64,000 nucleotides of DNA from positions 32,001-96,000 of the IMG/VR virus record IMGVR_UViG_3300046787_000327; one strand, written 5' to 3'. Position 1 is the stretch's first letter. Each line of letters begins with the position of its first letter. Positions 9,630 through 21,700 of the stretch are shown here, one piece after another. Origin of the DNA: a virus. Both the position numbers and the translations under genes were made by a program. The notes beneath the pieces were generated by a model. That model did no database searches. It was not told the origin of the DNA and saw only the letters and a list, made by a program, of their open reading frames with translations.

Positions 9630-10781
9630 ATGTCGGAACAAAATCTAGAAAAGAACCAGCCTGGAACATCAGGACAACTTGGTGGCACAGCCCCAGGATT
9701 GTATCAGGGACAAGGTGCATTCGCATCAGGCTCAGACGCAGGTTCAAACGTACCAGGTAACTACACAGATGGTGGCGCATTGGGGAATATCCCAAACGCA
9801 CTCACTGGAGTTACATCAGGTCCAAACGCAGTAAATCCTTCAGGTGAGGCTGCAAGCGGTATCCTACGCCCAGAGCAAGCACGTCGTTTTATTGACTACG
9901 TGTGGGATGCAACAATCCTCGCCCAAGATGGCCGTCGTGTTACTATGAGAGCCAATACAATGGAACTCGAAAAGGTAAACGTCGGAGAGCGTGTAATCCG
10001 TGCTGCTGCACAGGCAGTCGGAGACTACACAAACGCAGGTGCAACATTCTCAAAGGTTGAATTGACTACAAAGAAGATTCGTCTTGACTGGGAAGTATCT
10101 GCAGAAGCACTAGAAGATAACATCGAAGGTGCAGCACTTGAAGACCACATCGTTCGTCTTATGACAAACGCATTTGGTAATGACATTGAGGACCTTGCCA
10201 TTAATGGTACAGGTGACTCAGCAGATGGAGCATTCCTCGGAATCATGAACGGTTTCGTAAACCGTGTCAAGGAAGACGGAGATGCACATGAAGCAGTCGT
10301 AACAGTATCTAACGATAACTGGACAACTGATGCAATGCAGAAGATCATCCTCGCAATGCCACGTAAGTATCGTGCTATCAAGTCTAACTTGAAGTTCTAT
10401 GCTGGTACAGACGCATTCCAGGGAATCATCAAGAACAACGGTACACTTGCAGACGCAATCGCTGAAGCATTCGCTGGTACACCAGCAGGTACCCCTGCAA
10501 ACCGTCAGGCATACCTTGATGGCGCAGCACAGACATTCGGTGGAGCACGTACAACTCGTGTTCTCGGAATCGATGTGCAGGAAGTTCCTTACTACCCTGC
10601 AGGATATGTAGATCTTACATTCCCACAGAACCGTGTATGGGGATTCCAGCGTGACATCACTGTAAACCGTGAATACAAGCCAAAGAAGGACACTGTAGAA
10701 TATACAGTCTTCGTTCGCTTCGGTATTCAATGGGAAGAGCAGGATGCAATTGCATTCGCTGATGCTGCTTCAGATTCATAA
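9630..10781 (+). CDS. Major capsid protein (HK97 fold)
   Basis: GILRPEQARRFID, LEDNIEG, DIEDLAINGTG; strong SD AGGAGG; strong codon bias; follows protease. Confidence 0.9.
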   Translation: MSEQNLEKNQPGTSGQLGGTAPGLYQGQGAFASGSDAGSNVPGNYTDGGALGNIPNALTGVTSGPNAVNPSGEAASGILRPEQARRFIDYVWDATILAQDGRRVTMRANTMELEKVNVGERVIRAAAQAVGDYTNAGATFSKVELTTKKIRLDWEVSAEALEDNIEGAALEDHIVRLMTNAFGNDIEDLAINGTGDSADGAFLGIMNGFVNRVKEDGDAHEAVVTVSNDNWTTDAMQKIILAMPRKYRAIKSNLKFYAGTDAFQGIIKNNGTLADAIAEAFAGTPAGTPANRQAYLDGAAQTFGGARTTRVLGIDVQEVPYYPAGYVDLTFPQNRVWGFQRDITVNREYKPKKDTVEYTVFVRFGIQWEEQDAIAFADAASDS

Positions 10782-10800
10782 TCTGTAACAGTACACTTTT

Positions 10801-10836
10801 AGGGGGAGTAGGAGTTAACGCTCCTGCTCCCCTTAT
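10801..10836 (+). terminator. Hairpin terminator after capsid gene
   Basis: GGGGAGTAGGAG-ttaacg-CTCCTGCTCCCC; weak U tract. Confidence 0.7.
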
Positions 10837-10872
10837 CACTTATAATGATATAATACTATTCAGGAGGAAATC

Positions 10873-11349
10873 ATGGAAAATGTAAATGAAAATCCAATTG
10901 CAGAAGAAGCAGTTGTAGAAGATGCACCCGTTGTAGAATCAACAGAATTAATTTCTGAAGAGCCAAAGATCGAGGAAGCACCAGTCGAGCATGTAGAGGT
11001 AGAAGTAGTTGAAGAGGCTAAGGTTGAAGAACCAACAGCAGTTCGCACTAACGACTTTGGTCGTTCAACTTCAGAGCCACAGGCTCTCTCATCTGTTGTC
11101 AATGGTGTTATGGGCGTAAGCACAGCACCAAAGCCAGAGCCAAAGGCTCCAAAGAAGTCAGCAAAGAAGACTGAAGATCAGCCTGAGAAGGTTGCTATTC
11201 ACTCAACTAGAAATGTTACCTGGGAAGGTGTAGGCAAGGTTTACCGTGGCTATAACATCGTTTCTCAAGAAGCAGCAGACAAGTGGGTTACTCGCTCACA
11301 CATCCGCATCGCAACACCAGAAGAAGTTGCAAAGGAATTTGGTAAGTAA
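10873..11349 (+). CDS. Hypothetical protein (acidic low-complexity N-terminus, compact C-terminal domain)
   Basis: SD CAGGAGG; TGaTATAAT at 10846-10854. Confidence 0.7.
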   Translation: MENVNENPIAEEAVVEDAPVVESTELISEEPKIEEAPVEHVEVEVVEEAKVEEPTAVRTNDFGRSTSEPQALSSVVNGVMGVSTAPKPEPKAPKKSAKKTEDQPEKVAIHSTRNVTWEGVGKVYRGYNIVSQEAADKWVTRSHIRIATPEEVAKEFGK

Positions 11350-11352
11350 GCA

Positions 11353-12261
11353 ATGGAAGTTATGAGAGTTCCACCCTATCCTTTAACGACTAAATGGACA
11401 CTACCCATACCAGATTATGAGTATGTTGTCTACGTTGAGGATTTGGTGGATCACTCATTTACAGAGACCAATATATCTTCTGATGAAAATGGTGTATTGA
11501 TCTATGAGTTACCTTTGTCACAAGTTCAATATGACCGTAAGTTCTTTATTAAATTCTACGATACAGAAAAAGAACACACATTATATGAAAGCAACCTAGA
11601 CATTATTCGTCCCTATGTCAATCCAGAAACATTAGGAACAACAGCAAGTGAGATCGCAGAATACAAAATGCTTGAACTCATTGCTCGCTCTATTGTCGAT
11701 ACTATTATTAATGATGGTTTTTATAACCACAAACAAGTTATCCAGTGCGTAGGCCAGGGTAGCGATTACTTACCACTATGGGTAGATTCATACAAAGTAC
11801 TAAAGGTATACGAGAACAATGTTTTAGTATTTGATGTTGATACACCAGAGTCAAATATTTATGATTATAAGATTACTTTAGACAATACTGCAGTTCAACG
11901 AGTTGTGACTGGTGCATACAATAACAATGAAATCGCACCACCAAATATGCCAGTTGCTCGTGGAGACTTAGGGTACTATGGATACCAAACAGTTTCTTTT
12001 CCACAGGGTTATGATTACACACTGATTGTTGATACAGGATATAAGGCTATCCCATCAGATGTTGAAGCAGCAGTTACAATGCTTATTGAAGATATTAAGT
12101 GTGGCAAGTTAGACTACTATAAGCGTTATGTAACAGCATACAATACAGATCAGTTTAGAATTCAATTTGATAAGTCCCTTCTTGAGGGTACTGGCAATAT
12201 GATCGTCGATAAGATTTTGGATAAGTATTCTAATACAATTACTAAACCTGGGTTGTTATAA
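11353..12261 (+). CDS. Probable head-tail adaptor
   Basis: Synteny; GYKAIPSDVEAAVTML and TGNMIVDKILDKY resemble adaptor C-termini. Confidence 0.6.
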   Translation: MEVMRVPPYPLTTKWTLPIPDYEYVVYVEDLVDHSFTETNISSDENGVLIYELPLSQVQYDRKFFIKFYDTEKEHTLYESNLDIIRPYVNPETLGTTASEIAEYKMLELIARSIVDTIINDGFYNHKQVIQCVGQGSDYLPLWVDSYKVLKVYENNVLVFDVDTPESNIYDYKITLDNTAVQRVVTGAYNNNEIAPPNMPVARGDLGYYGYQTVSFPQGYDYTLIVDTGYKAIPSDVEAAVTMLIEDIKCGKLDYYKRYVTAYNTDQFRIQFDKSLLEGTGNMIVDKILDKYSNTITKPGLL

Positions 12262-12707
12262 TGATTTGCGAAACACCAGATTTCATGTTTCCAATGCAAG
12301 CAGATATCTTTTATCCAATTGTGTCCCAAGGTCTTTACGGAGATCTTAATAAGCAGTGGATCATAGATAAAACAATCATTGGTAATTTTATTCCACTTAG
12401 CAAGTCTGGCAAAGAAGAAATTACACCCAATGTAAATATCACCAAGGAGTCAATTTTGGTGGGTAGAGTCAAGCATGACATTCGTATCTCAACCAAAGAA
12501 GATGGTAACTCTGTAACTAACATTATTGTCACAAACATTAAAGATAGAAATGGCAACGCCGTATACACAGAGACTTCTGGCCCACGTAAGGGCAAGTCTA
12601 CGATATACGAAATAGCCACCCAGGAGCCTTATCTAGGCCCTTTTGGAAGCGTGGAGTACTACAATGTGGTATTGCGTAGATCTGAGAACCAGGCGAGTGA
12701 CGCATGA
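12261..12707 (+). CDS. Probable head closure/stopper protein
   Basis: Synteny and size; translationally coupled. Confidence 0.45.
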   Translation: MICETPDFMFPMQADIFYPIVSQGLYGDLNKQWIIDKTIIGNFIPLSKSGKEEITPNVNITKESILVGRVKHDIRISTKEDGNSVTNIIVTNIKDRNGNAVYTETSGPRKGKSTIYEIATQEPYLGPFGSVEYYNVVLRRSENQASDA

Positions 12708-13378
12708 TTAAAGTTAAAATGAATAGTGCAGCATTTCGCAAAGACATGGAAAATATCATAGACTACTCAACTGGATTCCTTGAGGGTGTTCAACTTGGCA
12801 AAACACAGTTTTTAAAAAATCTAGGTCCAGCGATTACAGAGCAAGCCTCACAGTTCATTGATGCGAATGCTAGAGTAGATTATCAATCATTGCACCATGT
12901 TTACGAATGGTCTCAGACTGGTAGTCCAGATGGCAGACTCTTTGATATCAACTTTACAGTAAGCAATCTTGGCTTATCATTTACTTCAAATATGAAGCAG
13001 TCTCAGTCTATAAAAGAAGGCTCTAGAGTTCCATTTGCAAACAAGGCAAATGTTATGGAAAAGGGAACGGCAGTAACTATTGCTCCAGTAAATGGAGAGG
13101 CGTTAAGATTTGAAGTAGGCGGAGAAGTTGTCTACACAAAGAAGCCAGTCATTGTACAAAATCCTGGAGGAAATACTCAGGGTCAGTTTGAGAATGTTTG
13201 GGATATGTTCTTTGGAAAATACTTTACGCAGGCATTCCTAAGATCAAGTGGTATTGCTCAGTACTTCTCTAAGCCAACAGTATACAAGCAAAACCTATCT
13301 GCTGGTAAAAAAGGCGGAAGACAAACTGGATTATCCATTGGATCTAAGTGGGTAGCAAACGCAGGGAAGGTATCATAA
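12704..13378 (+). CDS. Probable neck/tail completion protein
   Basis: Synteny; ATGA overlap. Confidence 0.45.
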   Translation: MIKVKMNSAAFRKDMENIIDYSTGFLEGVQLGKTQFLKNLGPAITEQASQFIDANARVDYQSLHHVYEWSQTGSPDGRLFDINFTVSNLGLSFTSNMKQSQSIKEGSRVPFANKANVMEKGTAVTIAPVNGEALRFEVGGEVVYTKKPVIVQNPGGNTQGQFENVWDMFFGKYFTQAFLRSSGIAQYFSKPTVYKQNLSAGKKGGRQTGLSIGSKWVANAGKVS

Positions 13379-13914
13379 TGGCAGAGTCAACACTAAACAC
13401 ACCAGGGCTGTGGGTAAACAAGTACCTACAAGAAAAGATATTTAATAACACAGACATTGCTATTCCATTTTTCCCACCAAGACCAACCACTATTGATGAC
13501 CTAACTGAGCAGTGGATTGTTATTAATGATGAAAGAATATCCTACCAAGGCGTTGTAGCCACGTATGACAGACTTATCAGAATGAGAAGGTCTCCATTCC
13601 CACATATCAAGTGTGAGCAGTTATTATACTATTTTTATGCAACCCAAGAAAATGTTACAGAAAGCATGGTCAGAATTCAAGAGGCAGTCCTAAGACTTAT
13701 GGACCGTGGGGACGAAACAGCCGAAGAGATCAACAACTGGGCTAAAGGAAAGACCATCGGAGGTCTTGAGCCAAAATTCTACTTCCACAACTTCAAGGTC
13801 TATCAACTAGAAGAGGTTAGAGATATCATTGATTTCGGAACAGCCAGAACATATGGCGGAAATAAGATTATTATTGATTTTGATTATCACCAGCATAACG
13901 ACATAACCAAGTAG
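13378..13914 (+). CDS. Probable tail terminator protein
   Basis: TAATG coupling places start at 13378; directly precedes major tail gene. Confidence 0.45.
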   Translation: MAESTLNTPGLWVNKYLQEKIFNNTDIAIPFFPPRPTTIDDLTEQWIVINDERISYQGVVATYDRLIRMRRSPFPHIKCEQLLYYFYATQENVTESMVRIQEAVLRLMDRGDETAEEINNWAKGKTIGGLEPKFYFHNFKVYQLEEVRDIIDFGTARTYGGNKIIIDFDYHQHNDITK

Positions 13915-13997
13915 GTTATTTTACCATAAAAGGGATGTTATAATTGTAACGAGGAAACAAGCCCTTTATTCTATAAGAAAAAAAGAGGTGAAACACT

Positions 13998-14624
13998 ATG
14001 GCAGAATATACAAGAGGTACTAGCAACAACATCATCGTTGGTGCTGCAGCACTTTTTACATACGAAGCAGGCGTTTTAACAGACGCCGACCTTCCAGCAT
14101 ACGTAGATGGCGATTCATTCCGTAAGACACTTACAAATGACGCTGACTTCCGTAACGTTGGATACACAATGAACGGCCTTGAGATCCAGTTCCAACCTGA
14201 CTTCGGTGAAGTTAAGGTTGACCAGGTTCTTGACGTTGCTAAGTTGTACAAGCAGGGAATGCAGGTCTCATTGAAGACAACATTCGCTGAATCAACTCTT
14301 GAGAACCTTTTGTTCTCATTAGCAGGTAAGGATTCAGACCTCGCATCAGCAGGTGGAAATCCAACACTCAACCTTACTGCAGGAGACATCGGCGAATGCC
14401 CTGTTGAGCGTGGTTTGGTTGCAGTAGGTCCAGGTACAGGTGACTGTGCTGTTGGATCAGAACTCGAAAGAGTCTATGTTGCATACCGTGCACTCTCAAT
14501 TGAGAATGTTACAGTATCTGCAAAGCGTGACGAGGCGACAATGTTCGAAGTATCATTCCGCCTACTTCCAAATGACAATGCGTCATATGGTAAGATCGTT
14601 GACCGCACAGTACCAGCATCATAA
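13998..14624 (+). CDS. Major tail (tube) protein
   Basis: NIIVGAA, NVGYTMNG, VDQVLD; SD AGAGGTG; own promoter TGtTATAAT 13936-13944; followed by terminator. Confidence 0.8.
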   Translation: MAEYTRGTSNNIIVGAAALFTYEAGVLTDADLPAYVDGDSFRKTLTNDADFRNVGYTMNGLEIQFQPDFGEVKVDQVLDVAKLYKQGMQVSLKTTFAESTLENLLFSLAGKDSDLASAGGNPTLNLTAGDIGECPVERGLVAVGPGTGDCAVGSELERVYVAYRALSIENVTVSAKRDEATMFEVSFRLLPNDNASYGKIVDRTVPAS

Positions 14625-14637
14625 TACAACTAAATAT

Positions 14638-14674
14638 GAGAGGCTCAATCCTTCGGGGTTGGGCCTTTCTTTTT
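14638..14674 (+). terminator. Rho-independent terminator
   Basis: AGGCTCAATCC-TTCG-GGGTTGGGCCT followed by a T-rich tract. Confidence 0.85.
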
Positions 14675-14688
14675 GGTATACTTATATA

Positions 14689-15372
14689 ATGGCTACAGAA
14701 GTTTATAAAACAGGAACGGTATACCTTGTCGACGGGACAGAGTTAGAGATCTCACCCCTTAAGATTAAGTATTTACGTAAATTCATGGAAGACTTTGAAA
14801 ATGTCAGAAAAGCCAATGGCGAAATTGAGGCAATATCTGAGTTGGCTAAATGTGGGATGCTTTGCATGAAACAGTTTAAGCCAGAACTTTCTAGATCAAT
14901 TGAAGACTTTGAGGATGCATTTGACCTAAAGACTGTTTACAAGATTTTAGAGTATGCAGCAGGAATCAAGATTGATTCAGATTCAGACGAATCAGTAAAG
15001 AAGCAGGCGGTAGACTCTGGATCTTCTTGGGAAGACCTTGACCTTGCCAAGTTAGAGTCGGAGGTATTTTTGCTGGGGATCTGGAAAGATTATGACGAAT
15101 TAGAAAGATCTCTGTCTATGCAAGAGATAACAGCCATACTTAACATAAAGAGAGAAGAAGACTATTCTCACAAAAAATTCCTTGCTGCAATGCAAGGTGT
15201 AGATTTAGACAAGGGTAAAGATAACTCTAACGCCTGGGAAGAGATGAAGGCTAGAGTCTTTAGTGGTGGCAATGCAGCAAACTCTAAGGACATCGTTGCA
15301 CTACAAGGAGTCAATGCACAGAAGGCTGGATTTGGAATTGGCATGGGGCTAGAGTATGAAAGAATTGGCTAA
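14689..15372 (+). CDS. Tail assembly chaperone, long (GT-like) form
   Basis: Start reassigned to ATG 14689, 6 nt after TATACT; lies between tail tube and tape measure; N-terminal part is paralogous to the next gene. Confidence 0.7.
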   Translation: MATEVYKTGTVYLVDGTELEISPLKIKYLRKFMEDFENVRKANGEIEAISELAKCGMLCMKQFKPELSRSIEDFEDAFDLKTVYKILEYAAGIKIDSDSDESVKKQAVDSGSSWEDLDLAKLESEVFLLGIWKDYDELERSLSMQEITAILNIKREEDYSHKKFLAAMQGVDLDKGKDNSNAWEEMKARVFSGGNAANSKDIVALQGVNAQKAGFGIGMGLEYERIG

Positions 15373-15423
15373 AATTAAGCATGCGCTATGGTATAATTAA
15401 CTAACAAACCTATTGGAGGAATA

Positions 15424-15735
15424 ATGTCAGAAAACACACCAAAGAAGATCACCCTTATTGATGGAACAACCGTCGAGGTTCGTCCACTTAAGATTTCTTT
15501 GCTAAAGCCATTTATGAAGCGATTCGCAGATCTCGCTGAGGTTTCAGAAGACAATGATGAGTCAATGAATGTACTCCTAGATTGCGTAGAGATTGCATTT
15601 AAGCAATATATGAAGGAAGCCGTAACCCGTGAAGAACTCGAAGAAAATATCGATCTCCCAACGGTGTATGAAGTAATTGATGCAGCATCTGGTATTCAAC
15701 TAACAGATCCATCAGCACTTCTTGCAGGAAGATAA
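15424..15735 (+). CDS. Tail assembly chaperone, short (G-like) form
   Basis: TGgTATAAT 15389-15397 and SD GGAGGA; directly before tape measure. Confidence 0.7.
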   Translation: MSENTPKKITLIDGTTVEVRPLKISLLKPFMKRFADLAEVSEDNDESMNVLLDCVEIAFKQYMKEAVTREELEENIDLPTVYEVIDAASGIQLTDPSALLAGR

Positions 15736-15764
15736 TTAAATAAAAGAATGGGGTGTTATGAAAA

Positions 15765-18700
15765 GTGTCAGATGTAAATGCTAATATCGGTATTGAGTTT
15801 GACACCTCCAACGCCCTCGCACAGTTAAGACAGTTACAGGCTGGTCTAAGTAGATTCAACCAGTCCCTTACAGAGGGAAATGTCGCTGCTGCAAATGCAC
15901 AAAAGGGATTAAATGCACAACTTGTCCAGTCTATTAATGCGACTGGCAAGTTTGTTGCATCCCAGAAAAACATAACTTCAAGCACTGCTTCTTTTACTGA
16001 GGCACTTGAAAAGAACAAACTTAGCATGGGGCAGTACTTTAGGTACACCGCTGCTGCTGCCACACAAAATAGCAAGGTGTTCTCTAATGCTTTCAAGCAG
16101 GAGAAGGATACCCTTAATCGGGCAATGAAGGATAGAGTTAAATCTCTGCAAACCCAGTATGTGCAGTTGACAAATGCTAATGGCGATCTTATCAAAGTTT
16201 TGCAGGTAGTTCCAAAGCACCTTAGAATGGTCAATGGCCAGTATGCTGACTATGCAACAAGAACTCAGATGGCTGCTCAAAGACAGCAGTTCCTTAATCA
16301 ATTAATTAAGCAAGGTTCTACACAACTTCTAAACTTTGGTAAGAATACACAGTGGGCTGGCCGTCAGTTGATGGTTGGTCTTACAATTCCATTAACAATG
16401 CTCGGCACCGCAGCAGCAAAATCTTTTAGAGAGATGGAACAGGCAACCATAAAGTTTACAAGAGTCTACGGAGATATGGCTACAAGTCTTGGAGACACTG
16501 ACAAGGCTGTCAAAGAAATTCAGTTGCTTGCTAAAGAATTCACAAAGTTTGGTATTGCAGCAACAGAAACAATGACAATGGCTGCAGATGCTGCAGCAAT
16601 GGGTCTAACAGGTGCAGCACTTCAAGCACAGGTTATCAATGCAACAAAACTTGCAGTACTTGGTCAAGTTGAACAGCAACAGGCTTTAGAGACAACAATC
16701 TCATTGACTAACGCATTTGGAATTGCTTCTACAGATTTAGCAAATAAGATTAACTTTCTTAACGCAGTAGAGAACCAAACCGTATTATCTATTGAGGACC
16801 TAACAGTTGCTATTCCAAAGGCTGGTCCAGTAGTTAAGCAACTTGGTGGATCCGTAGAAGATCTTGCATTCTTTATGACTGCCATGAAGGAAGGTGGAAT
16901 CAACGCATCAGAAGGTGCTAACGCACTAAAGTCTGGTCTTGCCTCTATGATTAACCCTTCAAAGAAGGCTAGCGAATTTCTTGCTGGTCTTGGAATTAAT
17001 ATTAAGGGGCTCGTTGAAGCAAACAAGGGAGACCTTAAAGGAACAGTTGTTGGATTTGCTAGAGCATTAGACACACTTGATCCACTTAACCGTGCTCGTG
17101 CAATCGAACAGTTGTTTGGTAAGTTCCAGTTTGCTCGTCTTTCAACTTTGTTTAAGAACGTAACATCAGATTCATCTCAGGCAGCCCGTGCACTTGGTCT
17201 TGCAGGAGCGTCAGTTGAAGAGTTGGCAATCCTGTCTGAGCGAGAATTGGGCAAGGTTGAAAATGCTGTAGGAGTAAAGTTCCAGAAGCAACTAGAAAAC
17301 ATTAAGTTACAACTTGTTCCAATTGGTAAAGCATTCTTAGAAGCAGTTACACCAGTTGTTCAGTTCGCTGGCAAGATTCTTGAAAAGTTTAACAATCTAT
17401 CAGATGGTACAAAAAAGTTTGTTGTAGGCTTTATTGCAATACTCGGCGGTATAGCACCAGTAGCACTCATGACTGTTGGTCTTGTTGCTAATGGTGTTGC
17501 TAACCTAATTAAGTTCTTTGGTATGCTTCGTGGAGGAATGGCAAAACTTAATGGCCAAAACAATGTACTTGGTGGTGGGTTTGATTATCTGACACAAGCA
17601 GAGATTGACAATCTAGCACAAACAGAAGCACTCCATGTTTCTCACTCAGAACTTATTTCTACATTTAATGTTGAAAAGACATCAGTTGATCTTCTTGCAC
17701 AAGCATATGCAAATGCTGCATCACAAGCCAGAGCACTTGCTTCTGGATCACCAGGACTATTTAATGCAACCCCAGGTGCAGTAGGAGCAGTTTCAGGACT
17801 TCCTAAATTTGCTAATGGAAAGGTTCCAGGTAACGAATCTGAAGGAGATAGCGTTCTTGCACTAGTTGCACCAGGTGAAACTATTGTTCCAACAGATAAG
17901 TCAAAGAAGTATGGTCCACTGCTCAAGGCTATTATGGGCGATAAACTTCCAGGATACATTAAGGGCAAGAGAGCAATAACATCTGATCAAGAATCTTTTA
18001 TTTCTCAAACAGCAAGCATCGCTCCATCACAAGCAGGTGTTGCAGATGAGATGGCAAAGCAATTAGAGTTTATTAATAAGGCATCTGCTGAAAAACTTAT
18101 TGCGTATGCCAGAGCAACTGGTAGAAATGTAACAGATGCAAGCGAAGAGACTCTAGAAGAATTGAGAAAATCTCTTGTTACAGATGTAGAAAAAATCTTT
18201 ACCAGTGTTGCAGAGACAGCAAGAGAAAAAGGAAAAGAAGTAACAGTAAGTGCACTCAAGTCAGCAACAAAGAAAAAGGGCACTGCAGGAGATTCCAGCA
18301 TTCATGAATTTTATAACCCAAGAGCAAACCAGCAGCAGTCAACACAGTTTGGGCATGCAGAAACATCAAAAACTTACAAGGTAGATCAGTTATCACAGGT
18401 TGCAAAAATTACAGACGCCAAGGCAAATGCCGAAGCAGATGCAATTATAAATGCAATTAACAACTACAATAAGAAGAATGGCACAAGCGTTGAAATGCCA
18501 AAAGCAACACCAGTAAGTGGTTTTGGATTTGACATGAGAGGTGAAATTAACAAGGCCATGAATGATGGTGCTATGCAACTTAAAGATGGCACAGATACAA
18601 TCGATGCTTTTATGAAAGATTTCAAAGAGCGTGGGATTGAAAAATGGAGAAAGTCTGTTGAAATTGGTGGGGGTAACTTTGAACAGTTATCTTCATCTTT

Positions 18701-21700
18701 AAAGATTTATGATGATAAGATATTAGAGTCAGTCCAAGCATGGAAGACTGCAAACCCAGGTAAGGCATTTACTGATACAGAGTTTATGAAGATTGAGCAG
18801 AGTGTTCGCTCACAAGTAACTAATGTTGGTGAAGGCCTAGGGGCAGTGTTTGAAGAAGCAAGAAATACTGTTACAGCAATCAGACTTAAGTTAACTAAGG
18901 TTCAAAGAGACATCCTAAATGATGATGCTGTTGCAAGAGGAGATGTTGCACCAGGAGAAAAGAAGTATGCTGATGATAGAACAACCTATCAAATGGGCGG
19001 AACTGAAAGAAGAAACTCTACTGGCTATGGAAAGTTTATTGATGATGAACTAACAGATGCAGAAAATGCTGCAGAAACAAAATCTCCTTCAGAGAGAACA
19101 AGAAGACTTGGTGTCAATATTGGTGAAGGTTTAAGAATAGGCCTTGAGCAAAAAACTAATGAAGTAAGATCTCAAGCAGACCAACTTGCCGATGCAGCAA
19201 TTCCAAAAGTAGATACTGCAAACCAAGCAAAGTATAACAATCTCAAGAGTGATCCATATGAAAGACAAGTTCAAAAGTCTATTGATAGACAAAATAGAAA
19301 ACTTTATGGACCAGCAACTCCTGTAGTTGCACAGCCGTCTTCATCTACTGAGACATCAATGACCGTAGATATTGATCCTCAAGCACTCATGGCTGATATG
19401 GCTGCAGCAAAGGCTGCTCGAAAGAGAGCAAAAGAATTAGATAGACAAGCATCAGAAGCAGAAGCAGCAGCAGCCAAGATGAGGGCTGAAGCAGCAAAGT
19501 GGGAAGAGATTGCTGCTAGAGAAAATAACCAAAACATTTATACCAATGAAAATGTTCGTGTTTTACAAAAGCAAGCAGATGCAGTAGAACTTAAAGCAGC
19601 ACAGTTAAGAATTCAGGCTGCAGAAGAAAGATCAAAGGCTGTAACAAAGTCTAAGAAATCTGGAACAGTTGCAGATGGAGCCAAGAATGTTAAGGCTGCA
19701 GCAAAAGAAGCGGGTAAAACTAGAGGTGCTCAAGAGCAGGTAACCGATGCTACAGAAAACGTTGCACAAGAGCAGGTTAAGTATGGTAATGAGGTAAAGA
19801 AGTCTAAGAAGAGAGCAAAGCAAAATGCAGATGCTTCTGGAGATGTCTTAATAGCAGAAGAAGATATTGCAAGAAATGCTAACCTTACCGCAACTGCGAC
19901 TAATACACAAGCACAGAATACTCTTACAACAGCAGAGTTAACTCAGGCAACAGAGAATGTTTTACAGGATTCTCTAGATAATAATGAGCAGATTGCTAGA
20001 GCAGAAGACGATAGAGCGAAGTCTGCAGAAGAAATTGCTAAACTTGAAAATGATATTGAAGCACAAAAGAGAAAAGAAAAAGAGGCTGGGCAAGCAGCAC
20101 TTGCTGCACGTATGGCAGGACCAGTCATCCCTGAAGGGTCTCAAACAGATCAAAAAAATGTTAACCCATTAACAGCAATGGGGTATGAAGATGCATATGA
20201 TGAGGCTTCAACTTACACAAGAGACAAGGATGGTCAAATCTTATTTGATCCAGAACTTGGTCCAAATGGTGAGAAGAATCCAACAACAATGACTCAAAAG
20301 CAAATCACAAAGAAGAAGCGTGGCATGCGTAGAGAAAAGGTTGGCAAGTATTCTGGTAAGGCTTCTGGTGCTTTAGGTATGGCAACTATGGCAGCAGGCA
20401 TGATGGGTGCACCACCACAGGTAACAGCAGCACTTGGTGCGGCTTCAACCGTTGCACAGTTTGCTCCTATGCTCGCAGGTATGGGGCCAGTTGGTTGGGC
20501 AGCAGCAGGAATCATGGCAGTAGGTGCAGGAGCCTATATGCTAAATAAGCACTTCAATAAGATGGCTGCCGAGGCAGCAAAGTTTGCAACATCAACTTCA
20601 GCAACTCGTGAGAGTATGAAGAAGATGGGTGAGATGACTGGCAGGGTCGGGGCATCTGAAATTATGGATCGTCGTAGAACTACAACTAGATACAATAAGT
20701 ACAGCGACTCCGTTAAGATGAATACAACCTTTGGAAATAAGTTCCTAGGGTCAGACCTTGGAAAAGACACAAAGAAGGTTTTCCAAGAAAATGTTAAGAA
20801 GATGGGACTTGAGCAGGCAACTAGTGACTTGTCTCTTAAACTTGCTGCCCAGATTGCAGATGGCGTACTCGATAAAGACCAGGCAGAATCAATCGCTGCA
20901 TCTCTTGCACTCTCATTAAAAGATAAAAGCATTGAAATGCAGGTTACTGGAAAACTAAGAACTCTTATTGGTCCAGATGGAGAAAACTTAAAAGATAAGC
21001 CATTAAAGACAAGACTTTTGCTTGTTGCTACAGCAAGACAGAGAAGCGAAAAACAACTTAAGACTATTGATGAAAAGAAGGCTAAGGGTGAATCTGTAAG
21101 AAAAGATATTGCTATGCTTGCTGCATACAATATGAACAACCTAGAACTTGCCACGATGGTTGCTGATCAAGTTGAAAATGAGTTTGAGATTCAAAAGAAG
21201 AAACTAGAAACTGAAATTGCTTCAACAACAAATCTACAGAAAAAATTAGAACTAGAAAAGCAACTGAAGACACTTACTGCAAACAATGTTGCAGATCAAC
21301 AAAGAACAAGCCAAGAAATATTGATGAATATTGCTCAGGCAGAAATTGACTTCCAGAAAGTATTTAGTGATACTGGAATCGGTGGCCAGGCAATGCGAGA
21401 GGATGCATACTTTGATGCGTCTAGATCAACTGTCGAATCAGCCTATAAGGGCACATCAGAAGAGGCTGCTGCTAAGAAATTCTTAGATAGAACAAAGGGC
21501 CTACAGGATGGAGCAGAGACTGGAAAGTACAATGCAAACACTGGAACATATCAAAAGAACGGTCTAGGAACAGAGAAAGCAGCGCAAACATTCCAAGCAA
21601 AAATGGAAATGATGGTAGGAAGCAAAGCAATCAGCCCTACAGAGGCAAATGCCTGGATGAGTCTTTTTAGTGGAAGACTGAATGAATTAGATCTAGCAAT

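Noticed and set aside
14440-14688. ORF-track N-terminal extension of the long chaperone overlapping the tail tube gene (possible frameshift fusion)
   Set aside because: It crosses a strong terminator, and a leaderless promoter defines ATG 14689; no convincing slippery site seen
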